Shown: in pieces, positions 29,109 through 40,521 of the stretch
Numbering within the stretch: the stretch's first letter is position 1
Layout of the letters: each line of letters opens with the position of its first letter
Assembly: GCA_964016885.1 (NCBI GenBank)
Contig: OZ024748.1
Coordinates: 55,304,001 to 55,368,000, forward strand
Source: Eledone cirrhosa
Taxonomy: Eukaryota
Reading direction: 5' to 3'
Length of the DNA stretch: 64,000 nucleotides
Made by a program: the position numbers and the translations under genes
Notes under the pieces: generated by a model
Told to the model about the DNA's origin: nothing
The model's database searches: none
The model's input: only the letters and a program-made list of their open reading frames with translations

Positions 29109-31205
29109 ATGGCTACCAAAAAGAAATTTCATACGTCACTCCCACTCATTCCGTCTTCTTCTTCCTCAATCATCACTACAGCAGAGAGAAGATTGTCTCT
29201 CTCCCTCCCTTCTTTAAATGTGTCTCTCTCCCTCCCTTCTCTTTCGCAAACAACGAAAGAAAAGAAAAGTCTCGTGCAAAGCGTGCAAGGTTTCTCCACG
29301 ACGACGACGACAGCGACGAAACAGGTGTGCGGGAAATACGAAAACCCAGTTCATTCGTCTGACGTCAGGAATAATAGCAGTAGCAGCCGTAATAACAACA
29401 GCAACAGTGACAATGAAAACAACAGTAGCAGCCGCAACAGCATCACCAGCAACATAAACAACAACAGCATTAGCAGCAGCAACACCAACAACAACCACAG
29501 CAACAGCGGCGGAGGCAGTAGTCGTAGTACCTGCAGCAACAACAAAAGTACCAGCAGCTCTGACGACAACAACAACAGCAGAGAAAAACCAATCTCATTT
29601 GCAGGTATTGCGAAAAACTTGGAAACAATCCTCATAACAAATGAGGAATTAGAGGAAGCGAAGAAGATGGTGACAAAGAACGGACACCGAGCAATCTGCA
29701 AGGCAGCGGAAAAGTTTTTCGAGACCCAAGAGCACTGTACGGTCACGTACCGTACAGTAAGTACAAAATCCCGTAGGGTGGAAAGAGCCACAGAGGCCCA
29801 AATACAAAAAGCCTTGGGGTCTGTGTGGCAGCGGAAAACGCACATCACCCGAGGCAAAAAATATGCCACCGTAGACGTACTTTTTGCCACACCCCAGGAG
29901 GCAAAGGCCCAATCAGTAGTGACCCTAAGGAGCGAGGAAATGGTGTTGGTGCCCTCCTACTGCGGGCAAAAAATTGTGAGGGTCAAACTGACCCACGTCC
30001 CCCCCGGAATGACCCCTTCTTGGCTGGCCGCGTCTGTCCTCGTCGGAATCGAGGACAAAACAACTGTACTGCAAGTACAGAAAAAAGTAAGAGAAGATTG
30101 GGTCGGCTCCTCCATTGAGATGCTAATCCAAACCAACCAGGAGTGCATCGAAGCTATCCCGGATGTGATAGACTTCGATAACGGCACTCAACTGCCCATA
30201 AGTGTTGAGGGCAAACGCCCGAAATGCTTTCGCTGTGGATCGAAGACTCACCTCAGGGCCTTCTGCAACGAGAATACCCTGAGAAAGGAGAAAGCCCCCC
30301 TCCTTCCGAATCCGGCTCCACGGCTACCAGCAACAGGACAAGCGGCAACCAGGAACGATAGGCCCGTGGCACCCATACCCACTCCACGGAAATCAAAAAC
30401 AGCAGCAGCAGTGGAAATACTAACAACAACAACAGCAATACCAAATGCAGCTGCAACAGAGACTCCAGTGCAAACATCACCAACAACAACAAGTGAAAGA
30501 GTGGAGCTGGTACCCCTCCCCGACCTCACAGAATCAGACATGGAGTGTGAGGTGGGAGAGGGATGGCAAAATGTCGTAAGAAGGCACAAACGCAGAAGCA
30601 GCGCATCGTCGCCTTTGAAAAGGGAGGAAAGAAATGAGAAAAGGGTAAAGTCTACTGCAAAGAGACCCACAGCAGCAACAACACCAACACCATCACCACC
30701 CACACTAGCACCACCATCACCACCGGCGACAACCCCACCGCCAACAACACCTTCAACACTACCACCACAAGCACCAACATCGCAAACACAACAACAAAAC
30801 ACACACACCCAGCAACAACGACAAGAAAATAGCAGAACCACACCCCACCCCCAGAAAAACAAATGCACGGCAATAAACACACACAACAAGAAACTAATGA
30901 CTTACATAATTGAACACACAGACATTTCACAACAGGACTACATAATACCAGCACCAATCAAAACGCCAACTAACATAAGACTGCTAAAAATAGCACAGAA
31001 ACAATACACAAACATTAAAACGAAATTCCCCAACGCAGTAGGTGATTTCAGGGACCTAGGAGGAACCATCAATCGAAGAGTATATTCAGACATTCTCTTA
31101 GAAGAGCCGACGACCAGCCGAAGGGACGATTCAACGGTCCCTTCACCAGACGATCAAGTGAAAAGGGATGTAAAAACCATCCCTCCTCTACCAAAAGTAC
31201 GGTAA
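29109..31205 (+). CDS. Tx1 ORF1, gag-like nucleic-acid-binding protein (698 aa from first ATG)
   Basis: Zinc knuckle CFRCGSKTHLRAFC (CX2CX4HX4C) with Asn/Ser- and Pro/Thr-rich low-complexity linkers. It lies directly upstream of ORF2. Confidence 0.88.
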   Translation: MATKKKFHTSLPLIPSSSSSIITTAERRLSLSLPSLNVSLSLPSLSQTTKEKKSLVQSVQGFSTTTTTATKQVCGKYENPVHSSDVRNNSSSSRNNNSNSDNENNSSSRNSITSNINNNSISSSNTNNNHSNSGGGSSRSTCSNNKSTSSSDDNNNSREKPISFAGIAKNLETILITNEELEEAKKMVTKNGHRAICKAAEKFFETQEHCTVTYRTVSTKSRRVERATEAQIQKALGSVWQRKTHITRGKKYATVDVLFATPQEAKAQSVVTLRSEEMVLVPSYCGQKIVRVKLTHVPPGMTPSWLAASVLVGIEDKTTVLQVQKKVREDWVGSSIEMLIQTNQECIEAIPDVIDFDNGTQLPISVEGKRPKCFRCGSKTHLRAFCNENTLRKEKAPLLPNPAPRLPATGQAATRNDRPVAPIPTPRKSKTAAAVEILTTTTAIPNAAATETPVQTSPTTTSERVELVPLPDLTESDMECEVGEGWQNVVRRHKRRSSASSPLKREERNEKRVKSTAKRPTAATTPTPSPPTLAPPSPPATTPPPTTPSTLPPQAPTSQTQQQNTHTQQQRQENSRTTPHPQKNKCTAINTHNKKLMTYIIEHTDISQQDYIIPAPIKTPTNIRLLKIAQKQYTNIKTKFPNAVGDFRDLGGTINRRVYSDILLEEPTTSRRDDSTVPSPDDQVKRDVKTIPPLPKVR

Positions 31206-31240
31206 GTGGTCTTTCCCATCTTTTCCACTCTATTTTAAAC

Positions 31241-34200
31241 ATGACCTCACTCAGAATAGGCAGCATAAATGCGCGTGGCTTGGGGTCGTCATGGAAGCAG
31301 GGTCACCTGCTCAACGACCTCAGGTCACTAAACATAGATGTAGTGGCCATCAGCGAGACCAGAATCTCCGAAGCACGGGCCTTCGCACCGATCTTCGGCG
31401 GCTACGATGTGTACGCATCTCCCAGCCGTCCTGGATCCGGTGGAGGAGTTGCTGTGCTTTTTCGGAGAGGTTTGGATCTCGCCATACGGGCCATCTTCCT
31501 GGACCCAGAGGGTAAGCTGGTGGTGCTGGACGTGACCAGCGGAGACGGGCAAGCTTTCAGGCTAGTGGCCGTCTATGCCCCGACAGGAGCAGGGCGGCCT
31601 GATTTCTTCCGGCGTCTGGAGACCTTTCTTGGAACGTCCCGCTCTTTAGTGTTAGTGGGCGACTGGAACGGGATCTTAGATGCACGCTGGGACTGTGTGG
31701 GATTAGCGGATAGGGGTGGAGGGTGCAAGAGCCTCACCAACCTGCTCAGGCGTTTTGAACTGTCTGACAGGTACCGATTGGATTTCCCGAATGTGCCAAT
31801 GTGGACTTGGACAAACCGCATAGGGTCATCCAGATCATATCTAGATAGAGTATTTTGTAGGGAAATAGATAGGTCTAGCATAGGCTGTCCACAATTCAAG
31901 ATAGTCAGCTACACGGACCACAAATTCGTGACCTGTGTGCTTGACTTAGATAGGCTTCATAGACGAGGACCCGGCTACTGGAAGCTAAACGCGTCCTTAC
32001 CAGCGCGCAAGGCCTACAGAGACCGGATTAGCGAACTAGTTAAGCGGGCGTTGACGGGGGCCATCGTCAACAACAAGTGGTGGTTTGCTCTGAAAAGAGC
32101 GATTAGAATAGAATCGATTAGGTTTAGTAAGGCTTTAGCAATAGAGAAAAATAGAGCAGAGGGAGAACTAGTTAGAAAATTAGACGAGGCGCTTAGCAAA
32201 GGCATTGCGACCGACGTGCTTGCGGCGAAATTGGCCCTTGACCAATTCTTCAATGCAAAGCACGAAGGCTGCGTTGTCAGAGCTAGGGTGCGTGCTCTCA
32301 GACACGAGGGGACGAAAGCCGTTCAATGGGCCCGAGTGGCGGAGGCGCGTCGTGGCAACAAAGCCACGATCCGGTCTTTGGTGGACCACGACGGGCGCAT
32401 GCTACTCGATCCCGGGCAAATGTGTGAAGCTTTTCAGCGACACTTCGCTCAGCTGTTCGGGGGCAGCGGTGGGGCGGGTAGAGGGATGGACTTTAGTGTC
32501 TACCTCGACGGACTGCCGCGGCTCTCGGCCACTGAGGCGCAGTGTTGCGAAAAGCCGATAACAGCCGCTGAAGTAAGGGAGGCAATGACTGGCTGCACAA
32601 GGGGTAAATCGCCTGGTTTGGATGGTCTGCCCTATGAACTTTACGTACAGATGCCAGACTTGTTCGGAGGCCTCTTGGCGGACGTCTACTGCAACTGGCA
32701 ACAGAACGGGAGAATTCCCAGTTCTGTGAGCCGAGGAGCGGTGGCACTGCTGAGAAAGGATCCGAACAAGGGGGATAACATAGACAATTTCCGGCCCATA
32801 ACTCTGCTAAACACAGAGTTTAAGATTTTGGCCAAGGTGCTAGCAAAGAGGTTGGCCCTTGTCGTTGGTGGTCTGGTGGGAGAGGCGCAGACATGCGCCA
32901 TTCCCGACAGATCCATCCACGACAACCTCCACCTCATGCGATACATCGTAGAGAGGGTAGCTAGGGAACCTGGCACGGGTGGGTCCTTGATCAATTTAGA
33001 TCAGTCGAAAGCTTTCGATAGGGTCGACCATCGTTACCTAGCGGCAGTCCTGAGGGCGGCTGGCTTTGGGCCCGTCTTCAGAGGCTGGATCGCTGCCATG
33101 CACAGCGACATCTGCTCTGTGGTGAGAGTGAACGGTCACCTGTCGGAACCGTTCAACATCATGCGCTCGGTCCGCCAAGGATGTCCCCTCTCGTCCCTCT
33201 TGTACGTATTGACGCTCGAGCCATTACTGCACAAACTGGAGACGTTGAGGGGAGTCCCGCGCGAACTAGGATGCGGAAGATCCGTGTCAGCATATGCGGA
33301 CGATGTCACCGTAGTGGTGTCGAACGCCAAACACATCGAGGCGATCGGCACTACACTAAGAGAATACGAAGCGGTGACAGGAGCAATGATCAACCAGGAA
33401 AAGTCAGTGGGCCTGCAGCTCGGCACCTGGAGAGGCAGGTCCATGCCGTCCAACAGCGTCGTCGGGCGCTGGACGGACGGACCGGTTAAATTGCTAGGGG
33501 TCTGGTTCGGTCCGGACCTCCAGACGGACAAAAACTGGGACGAGGTGACGAGCAGGGTGGCTTCTCTCACCCAGAAATGGGCGGAGAGGAAGCTATCCCT
33601 GAAAGGTCGAGCGGAGGTGGCTAACGCGTACATCGCGTCTGTCATCTGCTACCGCCTAACCGTCGTACCTTGTCCTAAGCCTCGCCTGACTGCGCTGGAG
33701 CGTTTGCTCTTTCGCTTTTTGTGGAAGGGACGTGCTCCGATGGTCAGGCGGTCCATCTGTTGTCAACACCCGCTACGTGGAGGGCTGGGCATGCCGTGGC
33801 TGATGATGCGCAGGCACGCGCTCAGGCTACGACATCTCCACCTCTTCCTCGACGGTGATCAGGTGTGGTCGCCGTTTGCTAGACGCGTTTTTCCCCAGCT
33901 CGTTTCCTTGACGGAGCTGCAGTCCTGGGTCAAGCGAAGACCGAGAGGGAGCGCCTGGAGACTGGAATGTCTTCAGGCGCTCACAGCCCTCGACCAATCG
34001 GGCAATGTGATCGGTGGAAACTCCACCTCGGCGTTCTATAGAGGATTAGTGGAGGGGAAGAGCGACGACGTACTTGGGGAAACTCTAGGCGTCGACGAAA
34101 ATCAACTAGCCAATCTCTTCGGAAGAACTTTCGGGCCAGGGCCTATGGACAACTTCCAGAAATCTCTGGCCTGGCAGTGCTACCGAGGAGCCTTGCCAGT

Positions 34201-34660
34201 TCGGGATAAACTCTACAGGCATGGAGGTGCCGTCAGCCGGGCATGTCCGAGATGCGCGCAGGGCGACGAAACCGTCCTGCACGCACTCGTCCAGTGTCCG
34301 AAAATTGCTGACTTGTGGGTTTATGTCGAACACCTGCTGTCGCGTTTAGGACGGATCCAGCTATCATCTGAGTCTATCGTGAGGATTGCCCCGCCCTCCT
34401 CCTTTAGCCGGGAAGGGCAGGCAGTTTTTATCTGTCTGGTGGCCATGGCGAAAGAGATAGTATGGTGGACACGTTTGAAAGGGCTGAAGACGAGCACTTA
34501 CCTCTTCGGTGATGCTCTGATTGACTTTTTCAAATTTCATTTGAAAAGGAAAATCAGAGTAGAGAAGGAAGTGCTCTCTTCCCAGCATTTTGTTGAAAGA
34601 TGGGTGAGAGAAGCAAGAATGGCCCGAGTGAATGGGCCGACTCTGAGTATATATCTGTAA
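31241..34660 (+). CDS. Tx1 ORF2: AP endonuclease, reverse transcriptase and C-terminal zinc finger (1139 aa)
   Basis: APE motifs SINARGL, ISETR, VYAP, GDWN, YLDRVF, YTDH. Linker GPGYWKLN. RT motifs SPGLDG, RPITLLN, DQSKAFDRV, RQGCPLS, YADD. Zinc finger CPRC..ETVLHALVQC. Confidence 0.96.
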   Translation: MTSLRIGSINARGLGSSWKQGHLLNDLRSLNIDVVAISETRISEARAFAPIFGGYDVYASPSRPGSGGGVAVLFRRGLDLAIRAIFLDPEGKLVVLDVTSGDGQAFRLVAVYAPTGAGRPDFFRRLETFLGTSRSLVLVGDWNGILDARWDCVGLADRGGGCKSLTNLLRRFELSDRYRLDFPNVPMWTWTNRIGSSRSYLDRVFCREIDRSSIGCPQFKIVSYTDHKFVTCVLDLDRLHRRGPGYWKLNASLPARKAYRDRISELVKRALTGAIVNNKWWFALKRAIRIESIRFSKALAIEKNRAEGELVRKLDEALSKGIATDVLAAKLALDQFFNAKHEGCVVRARVRALRHEGTKAVQWARVAEARRGNKATIRSLVDHDGRMLLDPGQMCEAFQRHFAQLFGGSGGAGRGMDFSVYLDGLPRLSATEAQCCEKPITAAEVREAMTGCTRGKSPGLDGLPYELYVQMPDLFGGLLADVYCNWQQNGRIPSSVSRGAVALLRKDPNKGDNIDNFRPITLLNTEFKILAKVLAKRLALVVGGLVGEAQTCAIPDRSIHDNLHLMRYIVERVAREPGTGGSLINLDQSKAFDRVDHRYLAAVLRAAGFGPVFRGWIAAMHSDICSVVRVNGHLSEPFNIMRSVRQGCPLSSLLYVLTLEPLLHKLETLRGVPRELGCGRSVSAYADDVTVVVSNAKHIEAIGTTLREYEAVTGAMINQEKSVGLQLGTWRGRSMPSNSVVGRWTDGPVKLLGVWFGPDLQTDKNWDEVTSRVASLTQKWAERKLSLKGRAEVANAYIASVICYRLTVVPCPKPRLTALERLLFRFLWKGRAPMVRRSICCQHPLRGGLGMPWLMMRRHALRLRHLHLFLDGDQVWSPFARRVFPQLVSLTELQSWVKRRPRGSAWRLECLQALTALDQSGNVIGGNSTSAFYRGLVEGKSDDVLGETLGVDENQLANLFGRTFGPGPMDNFQKSLAWQCYRGALPVRDKLYRHGGAVSRACPRCAQGDETVLHALVQCPKIADLWVYVEHLLSRLGRIQLSSESIVRIAPPSSFSREGQAVFICLVAMAKEIVWWTRLKGLKTSTYLFGDALIDFFKFHLKRKIRVEKEVLSSQHFVERWVREARMARVNGPTLSIYL

Positions 34661-34910
34661 ACTAAAGGTGGAAAACTGGGAGAGGGCACTTGCCTTGGTG
34701 GTCAGGGTCATTGTGGCTTTTTACTGGGCTTTCTCCACAAATGTCCCTCCGAAGTCTCCCCCCTATTGGGGAATTTTTCATTGTTATTTTCATTGTTATT
34801 TTTGTTACATCCTCTGTTTTTGTTTTTTTACACGCAGAAATGCCCATTTGTACCGTCCTGCATTGTCCTGCACTGTCCTTAATGTCTACTTTATGTAAAC
34901 CCTTGTGGTT

Positions 34911-34916
34911 AATAAA
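34911..34916 (+). terminator. AATAAA poly(A)-like signal at the Tx1 3' end
   Basis: Within CCTTGTGGTTAATAAAGAAA, a motif conserved in the sister copies at 61081 and 61229. Confidence 0.6.
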
Positions 34917-34920
34917 GAAA

Positions 34921-34961
<41 letters not shown>

Positions 34962-35505
34962 TGTTTGATATCTTTGTCTTTCAAATGTTAAAACATAAAA
35001 TAAGCCACAAAACAAAACGCCATGTAATAAAGACCATTAACCACAACGATCTCACTGTCGCAAGAGAGCCGATATAAATACCATGGGTTTTCCTAGTGCT
35101 GCCCATCTTGATCATCATTTTCATCATCATCACCATCAGCTTTCATACACTAATTAAGTAAAAAAAAATACAATAAATGAAAACAATAAACAAATATGCA
35201 TACATATATAATCTTCCAAAAACCAACTTATGTCGACTTTGAGACGTAAATTACAAATTTTATGCTGGCTTTTCAAACGTTGCATTAACACCCAAATATA
35301 ACACGTAGATTATTTTACATTAATTCTTTGCCTTCAGATTTGAATGTCAAGTTTTCTGTTAATTGTGTAAATCAAAATAATGAGCATATAAATGTATATA
35401 CATCTATCTCTCTACCTATCTACCCCCTATAAACTTACATACATACACGCACACAATACACATATAAATACCCACATACACATAAACATATACACTGTTT
35501 ATATA

Positions 35506-35672
35506 CAGGTAAAATTTCGTTATAACAAATACCATTATAACCAATTTTTCAGGATAACGACATTTTTTTCAATCCCCGAGGTAATAAGAAACAAATGTTC
35601 GATTTGTTTCAGTCGATCTCGCTATAAAGTATTTTTCGTTACAACAAATTTTTTTGACCCCTCTCAGTTTGT
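35506..35672. mobile_element. pogo/Tigger-like MITE, one end
   Basis: TA|CAGGTAAAATTTCGTTATAACAAAT start with a repeated TTCGTTA(T/C)AACAAAT subterminal motif. The right TIR was not found. Confidence 0.45.
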
Positions 35673-35675
35673 GTA

Positions 35676-35766
35676 TCGCCAAAAATGTATACACACTTCA
35701 ACAGCATTCTGATAAATATTACCTGTACAGGTATTTAAAGTGTATATACATTTTTTGGTGACGGCC
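35676..35766. mobile_element. Small Tc1/mariner-like inverted-repeat element
   Basis: TCGCCAAAAATGTATACACACTT / AAGTGTATATACATTTTTTGGTGA, followed by (TA)n. Confidence 0.45.
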
Positions 35767-35800
<34 letters not shown>

Positions 35801-35921
35801 TATATATATTTATATATATATATACACATATATATATATATTTATATATATATATACACATATATATATATATTTATATATATATATATACACATATATA
35901 TATATATATTTATATATATAT

Positions 35922-35978
<57 letters not shown>

Positions 35979-35995
35979 CATATACACACACGCAA

Positions 35996-36027
<32 letters not shown>

Positions 36028-36057
36028 TTACATATACATATATTTATATATACATAT

Positions 36058-36090
<33 letters not shown>

Positions 36091-36092
36091 CA

Positions 36093-36138
<46 letters not shown>

Positions 36139-36141
36139 CAT

Positions 36142-36191
<50 letters not shown>

Positions 36192-37801
36192 GTATATATA
36201 TATGGCCAGGAGAGTGAGGGGCGCTGCCAGGCTTAAAAATACCGAAGAAATGCCATATGTCAATACGGCGCCTCTACCACTCTATTAGAAGTTATGGGAC
36301 CATATATATATATATATATATGTGTGTGTGCGTGTGTTTGTATGTGTGTGTGTGTGTGTGTAATGGAATTCGATTCTTCGTAGCGGCTGATGGCCATTTA
36401 TTCCGTCCATAGCGGTACTTTAGCTGATTTTCTATACTATTATTTATAGCTATCCACTGTGTTTACAAGTATTTTCAGCATTTCGGAATTCCACATTTTC
36501 TATGGATAAATATATATATATATAAATAAGTAAATGAAGATGTGTATATGTTGTACACGTAAGTATGAGGTTTTGTTCATATGTATATGTACATGCCTTT
36601 GAGGATGTGAATTGTATTAGTGTGTGGTCCGTGTATTCTGATTAACAGTAAGTTCGTTTACACTAAACACTGTACAGTACTCATTAAAAACTGGTTAAAG
36701 AAGAATCATTTAGAACTTCACTGGACTAATTCACCCAGCGGTTTAGATATTAATGCTGTTCATAATTTATGGCTACAATCATTGATTCGTGGCGTGAGAC
36801 AATATAAATATTTCTAGCGCTATTTGTCCTGTGTTTATTCAGCGTGAAGTTTACTGGTAACTCGAGTTAATCGGACGCAGTGTGTGATGGTGTACCCTTA
36901 CGCTTCTACCCTACGGGAATAACATAATATTTCGAGTCGTGTTTCAAACTATGAAAATAATTTGAAAAATTATTTGTACTCAGTGTAAGAAATGTTAAAT
37001 CAAATTAGTATTATTTTTCTACACACACATTAATACAAACAAAATAAACATTATTCATACACATACACGGACATACATATGTGTGTGTGTATGGGGGTGT
37101 AAATCGATTATGCTGTATATATTTTAATCGTCCGCAAGTATATTCTTTCAGGCTAGCGGCAAATGACAGCGGGAACAAGTGTGAAGCCATGATGCACTCT
37201 GGACTGGATTAAACATTTTACATGAAATATATAAGCACTATGCAAATCAAACCCGAGTCGAGTTTGACGAGACTGAGTGGTTTTGGCCGATTTATTAAGT
37301 CAGTCTATTCGAATTTGCCGTAGAGTGAGAAACCAACTTCGAGGTATTTTTTTTTAAATGCCATTGGAAATAGTTCTCCGTATTTACTGATTACATTCAC
37401 TATCAAAGTGTGAGACGTCTGTGTGAAATAAATTTAAATAATCTCATAAACATAGTCTAATAAACATACATTGAATTTGGTTGTGCTAATATAATTTGTG
37501 TTTAAATCACAGAATTTTATCAGTAGATCGATGCTAAGAAAAACTCCAACTAGTTTTACCATGTTATTGCCTTCTTATCAAGATTTTCATTTAATTAATT
37601 TCGTCCGAGAGTGAGACAAAATAGCCTGGTGGGGATGAACTTATTTACGTATATATATATCGCCATATCCATATGGCCACACTGTTTCTACATTATAATT
37701 ATTTAATGGAAGCTATCAAGTAAATTACTGGTACATATGACACATATTACACATAGCTTCAATAACTCTAAATTGCTTTTCCTCACTTAATAAATAACAA
37801 G

Positions 37802-37834
<33 letters not shown>

Positions 37835-37836
<2 letters not shown>

Positions 37837-38022
37837 GTTTCTACGTTTGTCACAAGGCCAGCAATTATCTCAGTGCATTACTGGTGCCTCATTTTATCGA
37901 CCCCGTAAGAATGAAAGGCAAAGTTAACCTTGGCGGGATTTGAACTAAGAATGTAAAGGGCCGTAACTCTATGCTGAAAAGCATGGCGTCCGACCCTCTA
38001 CCGATACTGTCAATCTACCGCC
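37835..38022 (-). mobile_element. Meta-like tRNA SINE, full length, between (TA)n tracts
   Basis: Complete head-core-tail match to the other copies. Confidence 0.88.
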
Positions 38023-38144
38023 TATATATATATATGTATATATATATGCATATATATATATATATATGTATATATATGTATATATGTATATATATATATG
38101 CATATATATGTATATATATATATATGTATATATACATATATATA

Positions 38145-38917
38145 TAACTTTGAATAACTTTGAAATGTTTTGGCCAGTATTGGCCCAGGCCATGTCTAAC
38201 TTAATAGCACCACCTGGCGAAGTCTTTCAATTCAGGATTTGGGCACCATGGCCCATTTGAGAAGAGAATTACTGTTTGCGGAGACATATCCGGGTGTGGG
38301 TGGTTTGTCCGGGATTACTTGGAGGAATTTGTCCAAAGACTTCTTGAATTTTGTGTGGTCAGTTTCTGTTTTGACGTGTCCTGGTGTGATGTTGAAGAGA
38401 GCAGGGCCGATTGAGGTGAAATAATTGTGCCGTATTGTTGTTATGAGTTGCGATTTAGATTTTTGTATGGGACGGATAGCACGGGGCCCAAGCCTTGGGT
38501 GTATCTTGAAGGCGATGCCAACATTATTTGGGAAGTGATGATGGAACATTTTCCACATCATGCAGATAATATAACGCTCACGGCGACGTTGGAGTGAGTA
38601 AAGTTTCAGCTTTTCTAGTCGACCCCAGTAGTCAAGGTCTGACATGCCATCTATCTTTATCGTGATTGCCCTTTGAGGAGCTTCAAGTTTCATGATACTT
38701 TGTTTCGTGTGGGGAGACCACAGTGGACAACAGTATTCAAGGTGTGGTCGGGCAAAAGTAGAGAAGAGAAGGATAATGGTGTGGGAATCTCTCGACTGGA
38801 AGGTTCTGAGGATCCAGGAACACATTCTGCGGACCATGTCAACTTTGCTGCTTATATGCGTGGCCCAGCTTATGTTGCTGTCCACGGTTACTCCCAAGTC
38901 TCTGATGTTGTTAGATG
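38145..38917 (-). mobile_element. CR1-group LINE, 5'-truncated 3' end with open frame (38232-38897)
   Basis: [55 protein letters not shown]. The 3' tail is a tandem TTCAAAGTTA x2, and (TA)n lies on both sides. Confidence 0.88.
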
Positions 38918-39221
38918 TATATGTATATAAATATATATATATGTATATAAATATATATATATATATGTATATAAATATATATATATATATATGTATATAA
39001 ATATATATATATATGTATATAAATATATATATATATATATATGTATATAAATATATATATATGTATATAAATATATATATATATATATGTATATAAATAT
39101 ATATATATGTATATAACTATATATATATATATATATGTATATAAAAAAAAAATATATATAAATATATATATATATATAGTGACGAAACAAGTCAATTGCA
39201 TGAACTCATAATCCTTTATTT

Positions 39222-39277
39222 ACTGCTATATATATTTCGATGATAGCCATTGAATGACTATGACCTCATCAGGCAGT
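39222..39277 (-). ncRNA. Type I hammerhead ribozyme motif
   Basis: Minus strand: ACTGC-CTGATGA-GGTCATAGTCAT TCA ATGGCTATCATC-GAAA-TATATA-TA-GCAGT. Canonical G-C at the base of stem II, palindromic stem III, and AATAAA directly downstream. Confidence 0.8.
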
Positions 39278-39334
39278 TAGTCAGTTCTTAGATATGCCAG
39301 CTCTGTGTGTCCTGATGTTCAAGTCCTTTAATAA

Positions 39335-39423
39335 TTGTTTCTACTTTTAGGCACAAGGCCAACAAATAACCCAGTGCATTACTGGTACTTTATTTTATCG
39401 ACCCCGTAAGGATGAAAGGCAAA
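39335..39423 (-). mobile_element. Meta-like SINE 3' half
   Basis: Tail and core present, head absent. Confidence 0.8.
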
Positions 39424-39738
39424 TGCTGTGATATATATTTCAATGTCGACAGTGGCCACACTGTTCCGTGCGCCAGTGCCGTGACATCGTCAGACAGCTT
39501 GTTACATAATAAGGTTATGTTTCTGAGGCAATCCAAATCGACATGGGAACGGACGAAGTGTGTGCTCTTGGATTCTTCGTTCCCTTGTGAGTACCAATTC
39601 ACCCCCACAGGTCTGCGCAGGTGCAGGACCGCAGGAAGCTGACCATTAGCTACCGCAGAGTTCAACGAAGTTCGTCTAGGCAGTTCCCCCTCTCAACCAA
39701 ACAATGACCTATTCATGCTTGTAATATATAACTTACTG

Positions 39739-40084
39739 CTAGCCAACCCGCCATTGGCAGTCAGCCGAAAGCCAGTGGGGTTGGGAGAGTGTGAGTATCA
39801 TTAGGTCTCAATACCACCCCACATTAAGCATGGACAGTATAATTGACCATCAATCTCAACGAGAAAATAGACTTAATTCTAGGTATTATGGTTTCTCACT
39901 GGAAATTATGAATGAGAGTTGGAAATTAAAACTAAAATTTAAAAATCGAAAATCAGAAATCAAAAATTAAAATTTAAAAATGAAAAAAAATTACAAGTGA
40001 GAATTTAGATTGAAGCGTGTAAAAAAAATATAGATTGTAGTGAGAAAAAAAATGTGCACCTATACTATCTACTACGTAGCGAGA
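39739..40084 (-). mobile_element. Possible non-autonomous Helitron
   Basis: Minus strand begins A|TCTCGCTACG and ends with a CCAACC..GGTTGG hairpin then CTAG. The next base is C rather than the expected T. Confidence 0.35.
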
Positions 40085-40482
40085 TGTTTAAGTAAGAAGT
40101 TTTGAAAGGGGTATTAATGTTACAGATATATTATCTACATACTGAACGATAGTACCGTACGGTAGAACTGAGGGTAAATTACAGTATGAAAGGTGGTAGT
40201 TAGGCGGGTACATAGTTAGAATTTCCATCACATGGAACCCCCCCCCCCCCCCAAAAAAAAACAGATATAAAATACACAAAAAAACACACAAAAAATATCC
40301 AATAAATACAAAAAATACATACAGTACATATATGCAAAATGAGATAGGAGATACATGATAAATATGATTGTCAATTTGTCCATATATAGATTGAATTGAG
40401 GGTCTTGATATTTACACCCTCACTCCTATGTGGAATAGGTATGTTGAGTGCTTGAATTGAATTGCATCAATATTTACCTTAA

Positions 40483-40521
<39 letters not shown>

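Larger units (their letters stand above)
28896..34920 (+). mobile_element. Full-length Tx1-clade non-LTR retrotransposon inserted in (ATT)n
   Basis: Two long intact ORFs. (ATT)6 lies at 28878-28895 immediately 5', and AATAAAGAAA followed by (ATT)13 at 34923-34961 lies 3'. Confidence 0.93.

Noticed and set aside
29214-34898. Numerous antisense and alternate-frame ORFs inside the Tx1 element
   Set aside because: They are shadows of GC-rich or low-complexity coding sequence with no motifs.
39440-39720. GC-richer block with short ORFs on both strands
   Set aside because: No recognisable domain or splice pattern. Probably a TE fragment.
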